Assembly (NCBI GenBank): GCA_002633005.1
Contig: NMRA01000450.1
Coordinates: 226,876 to 290,875 of the forward strand
Source of the DNA: Phoronis australis
Taxonomy: Eukaryota; Animalia; Phoronida
Reading direction: 5' to 3'
Length of the DNA stretch: 64,000 nt
The position numbers were made by a program, and so were the translations under genes. Below the pieces are notes generated by a model. The model was not told the origin of the DNA, searched no databases, and saw nothing but the letters and a program-made list of their open reading frames with translations. Below are positions 37,478 to 51,000 of this stretch, piece after piece (position 1 is the first letter of the stretch; every line of letters starts with the position of its first letter).

Positions 37478-38095
37478 TAGTAGTAGTAGTAATAGTAGTA
37501 ATAATCTTTATTTAAAAGTCGGTGAACCTTAACAATGAAACATTAGCACAAGTGCTATTATCCGACAGATTTAAAATCTACAAAATGAACAGAACTAAAA
37601 TACTAGCTAATTCTACAGTACGGAGAATATACAGAACCTAAACATAAATGTAAATACAAAAGTACACATACATGTTACGGAGCGTGTAGGCATCCATAGC
37701 AGTTTTCACAAGAGCAGATCTCAGAGAAAAAGTCATGAGCAAGAGTGGCAAATTCATTTAAGGTAGTACATTGTCTCATTACTGATGGCAATGAGTTCCA
37801 CAGCAAAGTACCTTTATGGGAGATTGAGTTACATCCGTAAGTCATCGTATTAAAGCGTTTCACATAGAGACAGTTTTCACCTCTGAGACCGTATCCAGAC
37901 TCTCTAAATTCAAGCTTTCCTGACAAAGGACAGGGTCCAATAATATGAACATTTTTGAATACTTCAATAGATAATCATTTCATCCGCCAACTAGTTAGAG
38001 AGCAGCTCCTAGCCTTAACTAAGAGTTGTGAGTAGCTGGACTCGCTGTCATTGAACACAAATTTTAAAGCACGGTGTTGTCAATCTTCAAGTTGA
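37478..38095 (-). mobile_element. 5'-truncated LINE (CR1/L2 group) 3' end
   Basis: Minus strand encodes QHRALKFVFNDSESSYSQLL...YGLRG...FNTMTYGCNSISHKGTLLWNSLP...F...CSCENC, a typical post-RT C-terminus, then a 3' UTR and ATAAAG(ATT/ACT)n tail. Confidence 0.85.
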
Positions 38096-38947
38096 AATAT
38101 GAATGATATGCTTAGCCGATTGATAAAACAAAGCCTACATACGGAATCATGTACATGTGAGTATGATAAGCACTCTGGCAAAACTCCAACCATCACCCTT
38201 TCATTTTTTGTCTTAAATATGCCAACAAATTGTTCTAGCTAGCTAATGAAAAGTCAAGTTGTTCCTGACTCGAGTGAAAACGTGCGGCTGTAAACGGACG
38301 ACAACATGTGGCCAAGTACAGAACACTGGTAATAGGATTATAGTTAACTTAAAGGATCAAAAACACCAACAGGGCAAATTTTATTGACAGGTAGGCCTAC
38401 CACTAAATCTGAACCCAGTCGTTGTGTTTTCTGGTTCAACGCCACCCAGTCGGGCAATCACCCGGCTCCGACGACTCACTTATTCATTGGTGCTGTTCAA
38501 ATTAAACCAAGTCATCCCCCATCACAATGCACTTGGATAAATGAAATAGATTACCGGGGACATAAAAGATTATAAACATTTTACAACCGCCGAATGCCAC
38601 GTGAAGTCGATTTCTACAGGGGAGACGTCGTCACCATTGCTTTCCATGTGGACAGCTCAATAAACAACAATAAGGAGGTTTTACTTTCAAGGGGTAAACA
38701 GGTTCTTCAGACGTAGCGTGTTATAATTTTTTGACATGTCGTATCATAATAAATTTCTTACAAGTAGTGATACTTTTATTGACTTATTCAATTAAACGCA
38801 TGGATGTTTTTGCTTGGTGTGACAGTTTCATTATGAGACGTAAAAGAAAGTACAACCCTTCTGTTTGGGAGAGTCTAAAAACATAGCCTCGTTCCAGACC
38901 ATCAGCGGTGTTAAATTACCGCATGAAGTCGTCGGCGTGCAGGCGAA

Positions 38948-39048
38948 ATGTGGCGGCTCTGCTTAACTGTGGTGATTTTAGCAACTTTCAGTAGCAATGG
39001 TCACTGTTTAAAAAGACCAAAAAGACAATCTGGAGATGCTGATGCACA
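38948..39048 (+). CDS. CUBN: cubilin exon 1 ([34 protein letters not shown]): signal peptide and furin site
   Basis: gaaATG context, hydrophobic core, RPKR motif, CA|gtgagt donor in phase 2 matching exon 2. Confidence 0.88.
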
Positions 39049-42000
39049 GTGAGTCTTTTACGTATCTTAAAGGCCTTTTGGAATGGACTTGCACCGTCAA
39101 AATATGTGCTGGTAACATGCCAGCAGAACGTGTCTGCCTGAAACGCCCCCTAACCTGCCTTTTCTATGGCGTGTAATTTAGATAGAAATTTCTGTTTTTA
39201 CCATGCGTCCTTAGTTTTTATCCATGTTTTGTTGACAGGTACGTATTGAGGAGATTTTGCATTGTTTATTCATGATGGCATAAATGTTAGTTTACCGGTT
39301 GATCACCATCTCATTTGTCAATCGACCAGTGAAAATACACTCGCACCTAAAAGCAGTTTAGGCCAAACACTAGGCTAGACTAGGCTACCCAATCAAGGAT
39401 AGATCGCCTTAAGTAACTTTTCAGTTATTAATAATGGATCCTTGAAACTCATTTTCAACATCCTTGATGATCACAGAATATTAGTTTATCCACAAAAACA
39501 ATGCTCAGATGTTCATAATTGCATGACTGTGTGTTTTTCTCAAAACTTGTGATTTTTCATGGATTTCGGTTACTTTGCTTTCCACAAATATGTCTTTTAC
39601 ATACCAAAACTTTCAAATTCTGTTTCTTCGATCTATGTAGCTGCAGAAGCATGTGTTATGTATCCTTTTATTTATTAATTTAAGCCTTTTAGTCTGAGAG
39701 TGTGGTTGCAGAAATCAAGATGATGTCTTCATTTTTCATACCATAGTTTTCATGATAAAAGGCCTTATAGGATAATCCAAGGCAAATAATAGTAGCTTAT
39801 GGAATAAAGAAACAGAAGTTGTAAGTTTCGTTCTAAGAAGTTCTTGTTCGTAAATATTACTACAAATCTTGTGAAAAAAATGCAGTCACGTAATTAATTT
39901 GGGCAATTATTTTAGTGCACAAACCTTTAAGGAACTGAATTTTATGTTTTGTCTTATTGTATAATTTTGTCATTAGTTTGTGAAAGGTGCTTTTTTGCTA
40001 AATGTTTAAAGTTGTTGAATCTTTGCAGGTTGAGTCTGCCTGTTACTGCATTCTCCTACATGTAATCCTGCCTTGGGTTGTTACCAGCTATTGACCACCT
40101 GTTGGTGGCTTGAAGATTAGCCCCAACAAGTGTCTGTCAATCATGTTGCCATGTGCCTCGGCAATAGTGACATGCTTTGTATACAAAAAGTGGCAAAACT
40201 TGTACTTAATTTCTAAATTTTTCATCTAGTGTTTTTTGTTTCAGCTCTCTCAAAAAATTCATTCAAAAACATTTAGTAAAATTGTTAATTTTGTTTTTCA
40301 CAGGGCATACTGCAATGGCTCAAAATTTTACCAAATTTGCTGTTTTTTGTTGTTTGTGCTTTGCATTCAGTTTGTTATGAAAATTTCATTTTTGTTAAAA
40401 AGTTTGAGAAAGGAACATCCCACTTTGCAGCCATATTGTTGTTTTTTGTGTGAGGTATCTCTGCAATGTGTGAGTCACTAATGTGTACTTGGTTGGGTTT
40501 TAATTCACTTTCAAATGATTCTGGGTGTTTTCAATTCAAAAGGTTCCTTACAATGGTACTGTGATTGAAATCTACCTTTTTAGAAGAATGTACTGTCACA
40601 AATAGCCATTGTATGAGCAAAATATGATGACTGAAGTGGTTACATATCTGTGTTGATTTCATCCGTTTGTTCCTCTTGCAGGCCTCGCGTCATCACTCAA
40701 AATGGACATTTGTACTTCCAAACAGGATCCAACCACAACATCTCTTTTATGCAGTCCCAGGGTGGCTTCATTAATGTTGGTGGCGAGGACCTTCTCAGTG
40801 TTGTACGGACTGTAAGTAGTTGTCATGGTAACCTGCTGTTGCTTAAGAAGCCCTCTTCTTTTGATTGTATACAACTTTTGACCAGTGTGATGCGAGTTCT
40901 TAGTTTTGTAGTTTGACTTGTGACTTTGGCCCAAAATATTGCCTTTGATTGGCAAATCCTTGTAGTTCTTAAAGTTTAGAAGTTCAGACCAAGTGAGCTC
41001 TTGTATGACTGTTACCACACCCCTTATTGTGATACTTAAACATTAGTTTGTCGTTAGTCGTTTGTCATTCTGTTGCCAGAAATGTTTCACTGTTGCATGG
41101 TGGCGCGTGCTGACTTAAAAGTTAAACACTGTGAATTGGCTGATACAACGCATTTTTTTAATTGTCCAACTCGGCTGTGAGGACTACTAATGTCACCTGA
41201 AGACTTTTCCACTTTATAGGTGGTTGTGTTAAGGGCAGTGTACAGGCACACACATTAACCCATGTTCACGCTGCAAGATACCCTAAAACAATTAGCCCTG
41301 AGAGCAACTTTTCCTTGTTCAGCCCAGTGTCCACACTACAAACCCTATACCTTTACAACAAATGGCCCAAAAATGATAGACACCCCTATGTTTGTAACTG
41401 AGCGAGCTCACAGCTGGTGATTACGTCTGCCTCGTGTGTAGGTGGACGTCCACCCTACAACTCAGGCTCGCGCGAGTTACCCTACCTCGATAAGGTGGGG
41501 TAAGTTGTCACATGGTTTTAAGGTTCTTCAGTGCAAATAGCATCCACATTACTACCAACTTCAACTTGTTTCTGTAATAACGTGTTCTAGGGTAATTCAT
41601 GGTGTGGATGGCACATTAGACATTTTGCAATGAATTGTAGTATTCTTTGCCTCAGTTATTGTACCATGCGACCATTGCTTTGTGAAAGTGTCCCACAGTA
41701 CTTGCATGAAAACGTCTCCCCCGAGGATCTTCCCTGCTATAAGGGTGGATTTTTCATGGTCAGAAAGAGTGCATATTGTTATAGTTACATTTCATGTGAT
41801 TCAGTTGCCTAAAGGGGCATCACTGGAAGTTACATAATCAAAAGGTTGATGTTTTGGGAACAAAACTGTACCAAAAATTGGCCTTTCATGTGAGATTCCA
41901 GCAGGTGGCTTTCTTCCTTGTCCACTTTTTAATATGTTGATTTCTTCATGAACACCCCTGTCAGAAATAGTCCAGTACCTCGCTGGTGACAGTTGAAAGT

Positions 42001-45000
42001 GAAATAGAAATATTTAATCATTGAGTCGACTGTGCGTGGCGCTCGGGTGTGTGTGTGTTGGGGGCCTTGAGACTGTGAATGCATTTATTGCACAGTTGAC
42101 TTGTTAATGGCCTAATGGTTTATCTGAGTCAAAAGTCCAAGAATCTCTTGTACTTGTCGCTGCTGCGTCTTTATGATATTAATTACTTAACTCGGTGATA
42201 ATCCATCATAAACGTTTCCTCTCAAGTCTCGACTCAAGTGCTGTAAAACGTAGAAATTCCAGGCAAGACTTGATAATTGAGCAAAGCACTGATTGGCATG
42301 GTAATCACTGGTTGTACAAAGTCTGCCAGTACATGTTTCCAAGAGGAACAAGTGTGTTTGCTTTTCGTGCGTGCGTGTGTGAAAGCCTCATGACTTGGTG
42401 CTGTCACTCCCAAAATGAGAAGCATGGAGTGTGACCAAGCTTGTTGGAAAACAAACAGAAGGTCTCTGTGTGAAAGAGTGAGGAGTGGTGAAGGGGGGGG
42501 AGGACCCCTGCTGCCACCATGATTATTATTTGCAGGGGATGGCATTGGGCAAGGTTTTGGCTTTAACTCCTCAAAAAATGGGTGTGCTGCAGAGGAAATA
42601 TCTTGAACAATACAGGAAGTGGCTGGTGTAGAAAAAAGGCTCTTGATGTCATTTCTGTACCTTGGCAGCCAACATGAAAATGACTCGGCTTCATAAAATG
42701 AAAAATTAACAAAATTTTAAGTGCCAAAATTGGTTCACAGTTTATTGAATGTACAGTGATTTTCTTCACTGACATTGAATTAGTTGCGGATTACTAAAAT
42801 TTTCCCTCTTTAACTACCGTGGCTCCACCTTTGGACAAATGTAATACAGGTCAACCCAGGATGCCTACTTTTTCGTATGTACACTCCCATCCCATAGTCC
42901 CTGTTTTCTATTTCTGTTGACCTAGGAAACTGTTCAGTCTGGTTTATGTTCAATATTCCCATTCTGTTAGTGATAGTGTTAGGCCAGCATAACGACTGCT
43001 TGTTGCTACATGAGTATCTGTTTCCACTTAATAACAAATCAGCTGGGATATACATTCCTTAAGTGGATTAGGTACTCATATCTATTGGTGTTAATGTGAG
43101 CAGGAAGTTGTTTATTGGCATCAGGCATTAATGTAATTTTCAGATTATTGGCTGAACAAATAACCCATAGAAACTTGTTTATTCTTGGAAATGAGGTGTG
43201 AAAAATTGGTGTCTGGCCATTTTCCATGATTATTGTACTTTTGTAGGATGAAAAAAGTTCAGTAATGCATAGATTGATACTCAATTCACCTTTGGGTATT
43301 TTCAGATTACATACCAATTGTTTAATAGTGCCAAATAGTTGTTATCATGCCTTTCAAGTGACTGCAAACCTGCATTCTGTCTAAAAATGGATTCAGACCT
43401 TTTACTACTTACAATCAGATGGGAATCTGACAGTTCTTATTCCCCAAGACCATGCTAGTGTATAACAGGACAAGCTGTGACAAGCCAACTTTTAGAGTCT
43501 GGTCTGGAGCAATAACAAACTGTCAGTTGTTTCTAAGCCATGAAATCACCTCAAATTTGACAAAGAAATTGCTTGAGACAAAGTTCTTAATGGTTAGTGG
43601 TATAAATCAAACTCTATCTTTGTCACGTTGGAAGGCAGGTTTCCAATTAAAGTTATTTTATAAAATTGGACAGTCAAGTTTCGTAGGAATTCCATGATAC
43701 AAAGGGAATGCAAAATGGTGAATTCTGCAGCTAAGCAAAGAACAAAGTTGCTAAATATTTATGTAAACCTTTATGATTTATTTTGAGAGGGAGAGACTAG
43801 TGATTTATCAATGTCATTAACAGCCAAAACTGACTAAAAGACCTTACTTGTTCTTGATTTGTCATGCTATTTACTTGTCTCTTGAATTAACTGTTCAGTA
43901 AACATGTTATCAACAACAGTTTACATGCCTCTTGAATTAGCTGTTCTGTATGCAGTTTATCAGTATCAACAGCCGGCAATAATCACATAAGTAGAATGAA
44001 AAGATAAGCTAAACTTCAAATACTTGAATTCTTGCTTTCAAAAGTCTTGTATATGACAGTCACTCATCGTAAACGTTACTGGTGGATTTTTTAAGAAATT
44101 ATGCTCCGTTTTGTTTTCTGTCTTTGATGAGACAATTTTATAAGCCCCGTCTTTATTTTTGTTACTCATTCCATGTAGACATTTATGACTTAGAGTTCAT
44201 GTTATGGGTGAGCAGGGTCCGATTTGGCGAGTACCATCTCAAAAATGCAACCTCAGATTCCTTGTGGTAACTTCAAGTGGAACATCACGCACCAAACACA
44301 CCTTCTAATTTTAGTTTCTCAGCTCCCCAAATGCAACCTCAAGTTCCAGTATTTTCCACCACTTGCTGTGTTATCTAACAAACTAGTTTAAGGCTTTGAA
44401 CTTTTGCCTTGCAGTTAGAGATTGAAATATAATTTTATAGCTTTTTTTGTGGAATGAGGTCACAAGGTGAAGTGTGATCAAATACAGACATGATAAAAAT
44501 TCAGTTTTATCAGAATAGGAGAAAATCTTATTCATTATTACCGATTAATCGTAGCATCAGATTTTTCATGACGTCACTAAAAAATTGAACATGTTTGTGA
44601 GTAAATATTTTCATATCTTCTTTAATGAGCCAAATGGTTGTGGTCGCCATCATGAAATTCCATTGATCGTCCTGCCAGGGCTTACGAAATGTCATTGACC
44701 GTCGATGTTTTCCAAGGTTGTTTTCTTTTTTGCCGTCTTCTTAACAGCTATACAATCATTTTTCCAGAAAAAACAAATGGACAAAACTTCAGTTCCAAAG
44801 TGCAAATTTTAGCTTTCATATTGTCAAATTTTGGCATTGCCTTAAAATGAGACAGCTATTGAACTGATGAAATTGGCAATCTCAGATTTTACCCAGCTTG
44901 CCAGTTGCCAAGTCAATGTTTTGTTTGCGTCAGATTACTTGATGAGGTTACTTTATGGCAGTCGTATGGCAGTTTTACCAAAAAAATTTTTAATCATTGC

Positions 45001-48000
45001 CGCTGGACATGATCAGCATTCAGTGCTGTACAGAATCTTTTTCACTTTTTCTTTTTGACTATGAAGTCATGTTGCTGGGGAAATCCAGTACTGTTTTTTT
45101 CTTAAGGAAGTCATTTTGTAGAAAATGCTCGCGCAAATTATTAAAATTGCAGCTTATATTCTATCATGTGTGAAAAAATACACTGCAGCTTTGCACATAT
45201 TTATCTTAAAGCAGTTCGGGATTCATAACAAGCTGTACTAGAGTGACATTCACACAGACCTGGATACTGCTACATTGTTGTCAAGTGTGAAGTACAAGCT
45301 TACACTGTGACCTTGGGTTTCTGCAGTAGCACTTAATAAATCATTTCTGTACTTCTGGTAGCAACAAACTGTGTATTGGTTGGAACCATGTCAACTGCGC
45401 ATCTAGCATGATTCAGACCTTCAGTACAGAAGAGCACTGGAAATATAAACCCATGCAAACACAGTGAAATGTATTTTGCAGCTGCTTAGGTAATGAAGCC
45501 CCAGGCCTGAATATTGTTGGTGGATTCCAGAAGAGGACTGGTCAGCCTCTAGCAAGGGTCATCTCTTGTCTCTCTGCTCATATCACAGATGACTAACAAC
45601 AGCTGATCAGGATTGTGTTGTTTTCCTTGAAACCACACAGTAATATCCTACTGTGAAATCTTGTTCCTAATGGCTATGTTTCCATGGCAACCCTAGTGTT
45701 CATTGGTTGCAGATTTGTTTGTCCCTTGGAGTGGGTTAAAGTGCTTCTTGGTGTTGGTGAACTCACAATTGTTTTGTGCAACCACAAATATGGGTGTTTG
45801 AGTTACACCTTGGATAGCTGTCAGTGAAAAATATGGTTGCGGGTTGGTTCCCGGTGACGGTTTATGGTACCATAAAACGAAACGAAAATTCTAGTATATT
45901 ATCGGTAAAAAAAGTTCTTTCTTCCTCAGTGGATATCTTGTGTGGCTTGTTTAACATTTTTATTCTTTATTTTCCAATGTGAAAAAACTGTGTCGAGACG
46001 AACTCAAGTTAGCATTAAAGTACCACCATTTCATGTTGTGGTCGCTGGTCATTCTGAAGGTCAGCCAAGCTGAAGTATGTAGTGTGCTTTCGGCTTCAAA
46101 AATTATTGAAGAATCAAATGATCGAGGTTTGAGAATTTTTGTTTTATTTTGGTATCATTGTTGTCATAGTGATCATGTGCTTCTCATGTCACAAATGCGA
46201 CTCTTAAAGGAAAAGGGTTAATGTGACATGTTAACTACGTGTCCTGTAAAAGTCCCAGCAGACTGTCCAAAGTATGGACTCAATTTGCGTCCAATAATGA
46301 AATAACATTCATGTTTAGATCGCAACACATCAATTTCCTGAAAATGAATAAGAGATAACAGAACACACCATCACACAATTCTCTAAATTGTAGGAAACAT
46401 TTGGAATGAATTACAAATTAATGAACAAAACCTTGTTGTTGTCTCAACATTGTCTACCACAAATGCATGTGTCATGTTTATAATGGTGGTTTAGTATGTT
46501 AGCTCTGTTACAAGTGGCCCCACCCGAACACTGACACCTACAGGTGACCGCGCATACAAAAGTACATTCATGAGGAAATAATGCCTCGTAAAGCTGTGCT
46601 CTCTCACTTTCATTACACAGGCAGGATTTGATGGTCACATGACCTGGGCCACCTCGCGGTCATGGCCGAAAATGCCTAATGGCAGCAACTTACCATTTTT
46701 TAGTGCTTTCAAAACCTGATATTTGTCCAGAATGCAATAAAGGCCAGTGGAAGGTCTGGACGGTTCCTTTCACTGGGGGAAGTGTCTCTAATTATGTAAA
46801 TGTAATAAAGTTAAGTTTCCAAATGTATGTGGCCTTTAACTTGGGCTATAAACCTGCCTTAATTGTGTCGCAAAAATGTTTAATTTAGACAATTTATGGT
46901 TATGAAAAATCAGTTCTCGTCTTTAAGTAAGTAGCTGATGCTAATTTTTTATTGGTAAGGTGTCTTAAATTAGAAGTTAGTTTCTTCAACGCTTTAGACC
47001 AATTTATGATTGTGCTGTCTGAAAGAATGTGCAAATCTGTTGTGTCTGATAGATCGTTAATCTCTCATTATACATGTATTGTGTTTTAAACTCAAGTTAA
47101 GTTATCAATAATCAGCTATTTTTGCCTTGTCCTAAACTACATTTGTGTATGAAAATGGTTTACGAGTGAATTTTCAATTCTGAAAAGTCCGTCCTGAATT
47201 AGCTAGTCAAAGGATTTCACAATGCCAGGACTACCTGTTGTTAGATGGGTTTGTCATCCACAAACATTTATACTTGAGGAAATTAACCCATCATTTATTA
47301 TTAATTAAATGGATATCCTGATTGTCAGTGAGCGGGGGGGGGGGGGGNGGGGGGGGAAGACAAGCGCAGCTATGAGGAAGTGCGTTAATTACATACAAGT
47401 TGGTAACGAGCATGTGCGATTGTTTTTATGTATTTTGAAGAATTGTGGACATTCGTAGCAAAGTTACAAGCCTTTGAAACTGAAAAATGCATTTTGCCAA
47501 TTATTTCGTATGAAGTTGGTAACATTTCACCATATCTGTCGTCTGATATTTTGTCTGTCCTATACATTCACACTGTTCAAAGTAAACCTGCAAGTCAGTT
47601 CCACTGGGTCACACTGCTAAACCCTTGAGTCAGATTTCCAGCTCCTCAGCTTGGTTTTAACCATATATTAATAAAGCATAAAAATGGTTCGAGGGGATCA
47701 GTGCAATGGGCCCACATGCGAGGCCTGCGCACGTCTGGTACAACGTGTATCAGACCGCCTGCAGTTATTTTTTTATGTAAACCTGCGAGTCTACTATATT
47801 GTTTGACATTATGCTTTGCACTCAACTCCGGCCACGAAAACCAGGAATCACATGAATGGTTTTGATAAAGATATCAAAACTGCGTTGTCTATGTGCCTAT
47901 GGGGTGGTAGTTGAATCTTTACATCAGTGTTGTGTGAACACCCACGCCTTGTCTGATGGTTTGGGACAGTGAAGTGCACTTGTCACCCTTGCTAATTCAA

Positions 48001-51000
48001 AACAACCTTTTCCCCTGGGATTAAGTTAGATTTCTTAATGGTCTGTTAAAATTATCTCAGAATTTTGAGACACAAGTAATTAACTAATGTGTTTTTGCAA
48101 GACCACGACATTGAGTCTTGAAAGAAAGCACATAATTGCATAGTAATTTGTTTGTGGAGGGTTGGTGTTGATGAAACAGTAGATGTTGATAAAATTGCTG
48201 AACATTCCAGCCAGTGTTTGATGCAAGCTAGGCTTGGTTGGCAAGTGTGTAGACTGGGCTCAGCTGTTAGCTCATGTTGGCCTAATTTTGTTATTGTTAA
48301 CATGTGGTGTTGTAGAGGGGTCTCTGAGAGTTCAGGCATGCACTGATAGAAATGCGAAATTGAAATCAGTTGAATTCGACCTCAAAATAGCTGTTGTTTT
48401 ACCAATCCAAGATTTTACAAGAAATACCTAGCTGGGATGTTGGCAATAACACTCACATGGCTAAAAGCTGATTTTCGGTACGTGTTTTTAGCTTTGGCTT
48501 TGTTTCAAAGTGTTGATTACTGGTGAATATGTTTTTGTGAAATTAATGTGAACCTAAGCACGTCATTGAAATGGCTGTTCTATGTTTTATACACCCTTTT
48601 TTCAAATGTGCCTTAGAGTGTGCTTTTGATATCAGAATTATCAAGTCATCGCAGCTTATTCCTGTTATCTAGCGCCTCAACCGCAAGATGGCTGAGCCTC
48701 TGTGAAAGCTTGGTTTCTTAATATGCGAAGGTGGTGTACCATCATAATCTTTGATTTTACTTTCAGACAAAAAATAACAAGCAAGGCTTGGACGAGCTGA
48801 GGGTAAGACTACACTGCGCTACTTTTGTACAAAATAGATCTAGGTCAAGTAGACAAGCTCATGTAGATTTCTGCCCAAGCGTGTTGTACAACACAACGGT
48901 TTCTTTTGTTTTTTGTTGTTGGTTTCTGCTTCATTCAAAGAGAAAACTAAGTGTAAATTGTTCACTAATTTCAATTTGACTTAATCTTAAATCTGAAAAC
49001 TTTGATTCTTTTGACTTCGGAATCCAACCCAAGATAACATGCCATGTAGAATTGGCCAGGTACGCTGGGCCTCGTTTGCAAGTGCCTTGCGTCTACAGAA
49101 CACAGGCCTGCCTTGACTGGGCACTGGTTACCATGGTTACAGTCCGGGGGCCCTACAGTATGGGAATGAGCGGAAATTCAGTAGAGTGAATAGTTTTGTT
49201 TTATTTGACGCCTTTTATTCTTGTGTGTGTACGCGTTGAATGCATCAATTTTGTCTGTTCTTGTGGTTAATTTCAGCGAGTGCAAACAACAAAGGGATTT
49301 CTTAATAGATAGAGCAATATAATGATGCATTTCCCATCATAACCAATCGGAATGTTTGAGTGCTATTTTTCGACCATTCTGAATGTCTGAATGTTACTTC
49401 ATTATCTTAACCAGTGAGAAGCCTGGAAAAAATGTGTACTGAGCAGGAAATAAATAGTACCATCAGGAAGAAATGTGCATGTGTTCCCTGTTAAGCTTTC
49501 ATTGCTGAGGCTGTGATCCCAACTCTAAGATCTGTTGTTCCTCTTGCTGTGATGAACAGTGTCTTCTGTGCTGTCTTTTGTGCTTATGGTATGTGGAGTG
49601 GTCCTCATATTTACCTCTACACAGAGATTTTGAGCTATTTGCAGCAGTGGGATTCAACAGAATATTGCTGGTACTGATTATTTGATAAATGCAACTAATT
49701 GAACATTTCCATTATGTTTACTCATTAGATATAGGACCATGTGTGAATGACTGCAGCTAGTAGACTGGTGAACTGTCATATATAATAACATGTACATGTA
49801 CCTGTGCTGTTTCAGGCTGCAAATATAGCATCTCGGCTGCAGCAACTGGAGACCTCTCTCCAGAGACTTGACACACTGAATGATGCAATAACCCAGCTCA
49901 CAGCCAGGGTATGTGAACGAATAGCAAATATCCACCATACAACTTTCTCTTGACCCTGCTTCAAATAGTGTTGAGCAAGATGAGTCAAGTTGACGAAAGA
50001 CTTAACTCATTGAGTTCACTTTAGGCAACTCTTACGGCAACAGGATTTGCACGCCAGTAGACGAGAAATCGAAATTTACTTGATTGCCACCGTCACAGAT
50101 TGAAGTGAGCTAGTCACTATTCATGGGCTTGGCTGAATGTGTTTTGGATGAGATAATTGCGATCGTAAAGTAACGGCGCGTTTAGCCTTCAAGTTTCAAA
50201 GTCAAAATAGGAAGAATAAGTATGGCAAATGACCACCATGGCTGTTTTTAATATTGAAAAGTAAATATTAGCCATCTTTAAATTTTTTGAATCGATGCAC
50301 TGTAAGAGAAATTAGCAAATAGATTTTCTTTGGCAGCGTGGCTAAGCCACATGCATTGATTTGATTTGTGAATCAATTAGGGCGGGTTAGTCATAGTCTG
50401 GCTAAAGGTTGCTTAGGCGTTAGGGTAACAAAACCCCAGATATTAGCGTAGGAGTTGCCTGATAATTCATGCACATTTTGTGATGTAATTGGCGTGAATT
50501 TTGTGATCACAAAGAATTAATTGAACTTTTTAAAATTCCACGTCATTAAATCGTGGGTAGTTGTCACTTAAAGGGATCCTGGATTTTGAGAGCCAGTTAT
50601 TCAGAAGAAAAATTGGTCTCCAAAGCAGGACCCTTGTGAGTGACAATTACCAAATCTCCGTCTAAGACACAGGTGAGCTTCATGGTTGCCAAAAGTACCC
50701 TAGCTTACGGTAAATTCTCACCAATTTCGGACAAAAATAATTGCCAAAATCGATGGTTTTTCATTTTTCTTCAAAGGCTTTCAACTCTGTTGGGAATACC
50801 CATAGATACTGAAAACCTTATCTGATGCCAAGTCATGGAATAAAACTTAAAACTGGTTGAGCATTAATTTGGTACCAACTGCCTTTTAGAAACAAAAATG
50901 GGGAAACAAAATTTCTCCTGTCCACTATGCTGTGTCCTTAATTAGTGACATTTTACCATTGTGGTTATGCATAAGTACCATCTATTGGTGGATCCAGGAG

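Noticed and set aside
38596-38606. CLEAR/TFEB-type E-box in the cubilin promoter
   Set aside because: GCCACGTGAA only partly matches GTCACGTGAC, and CACGTG occurs many times in the window.
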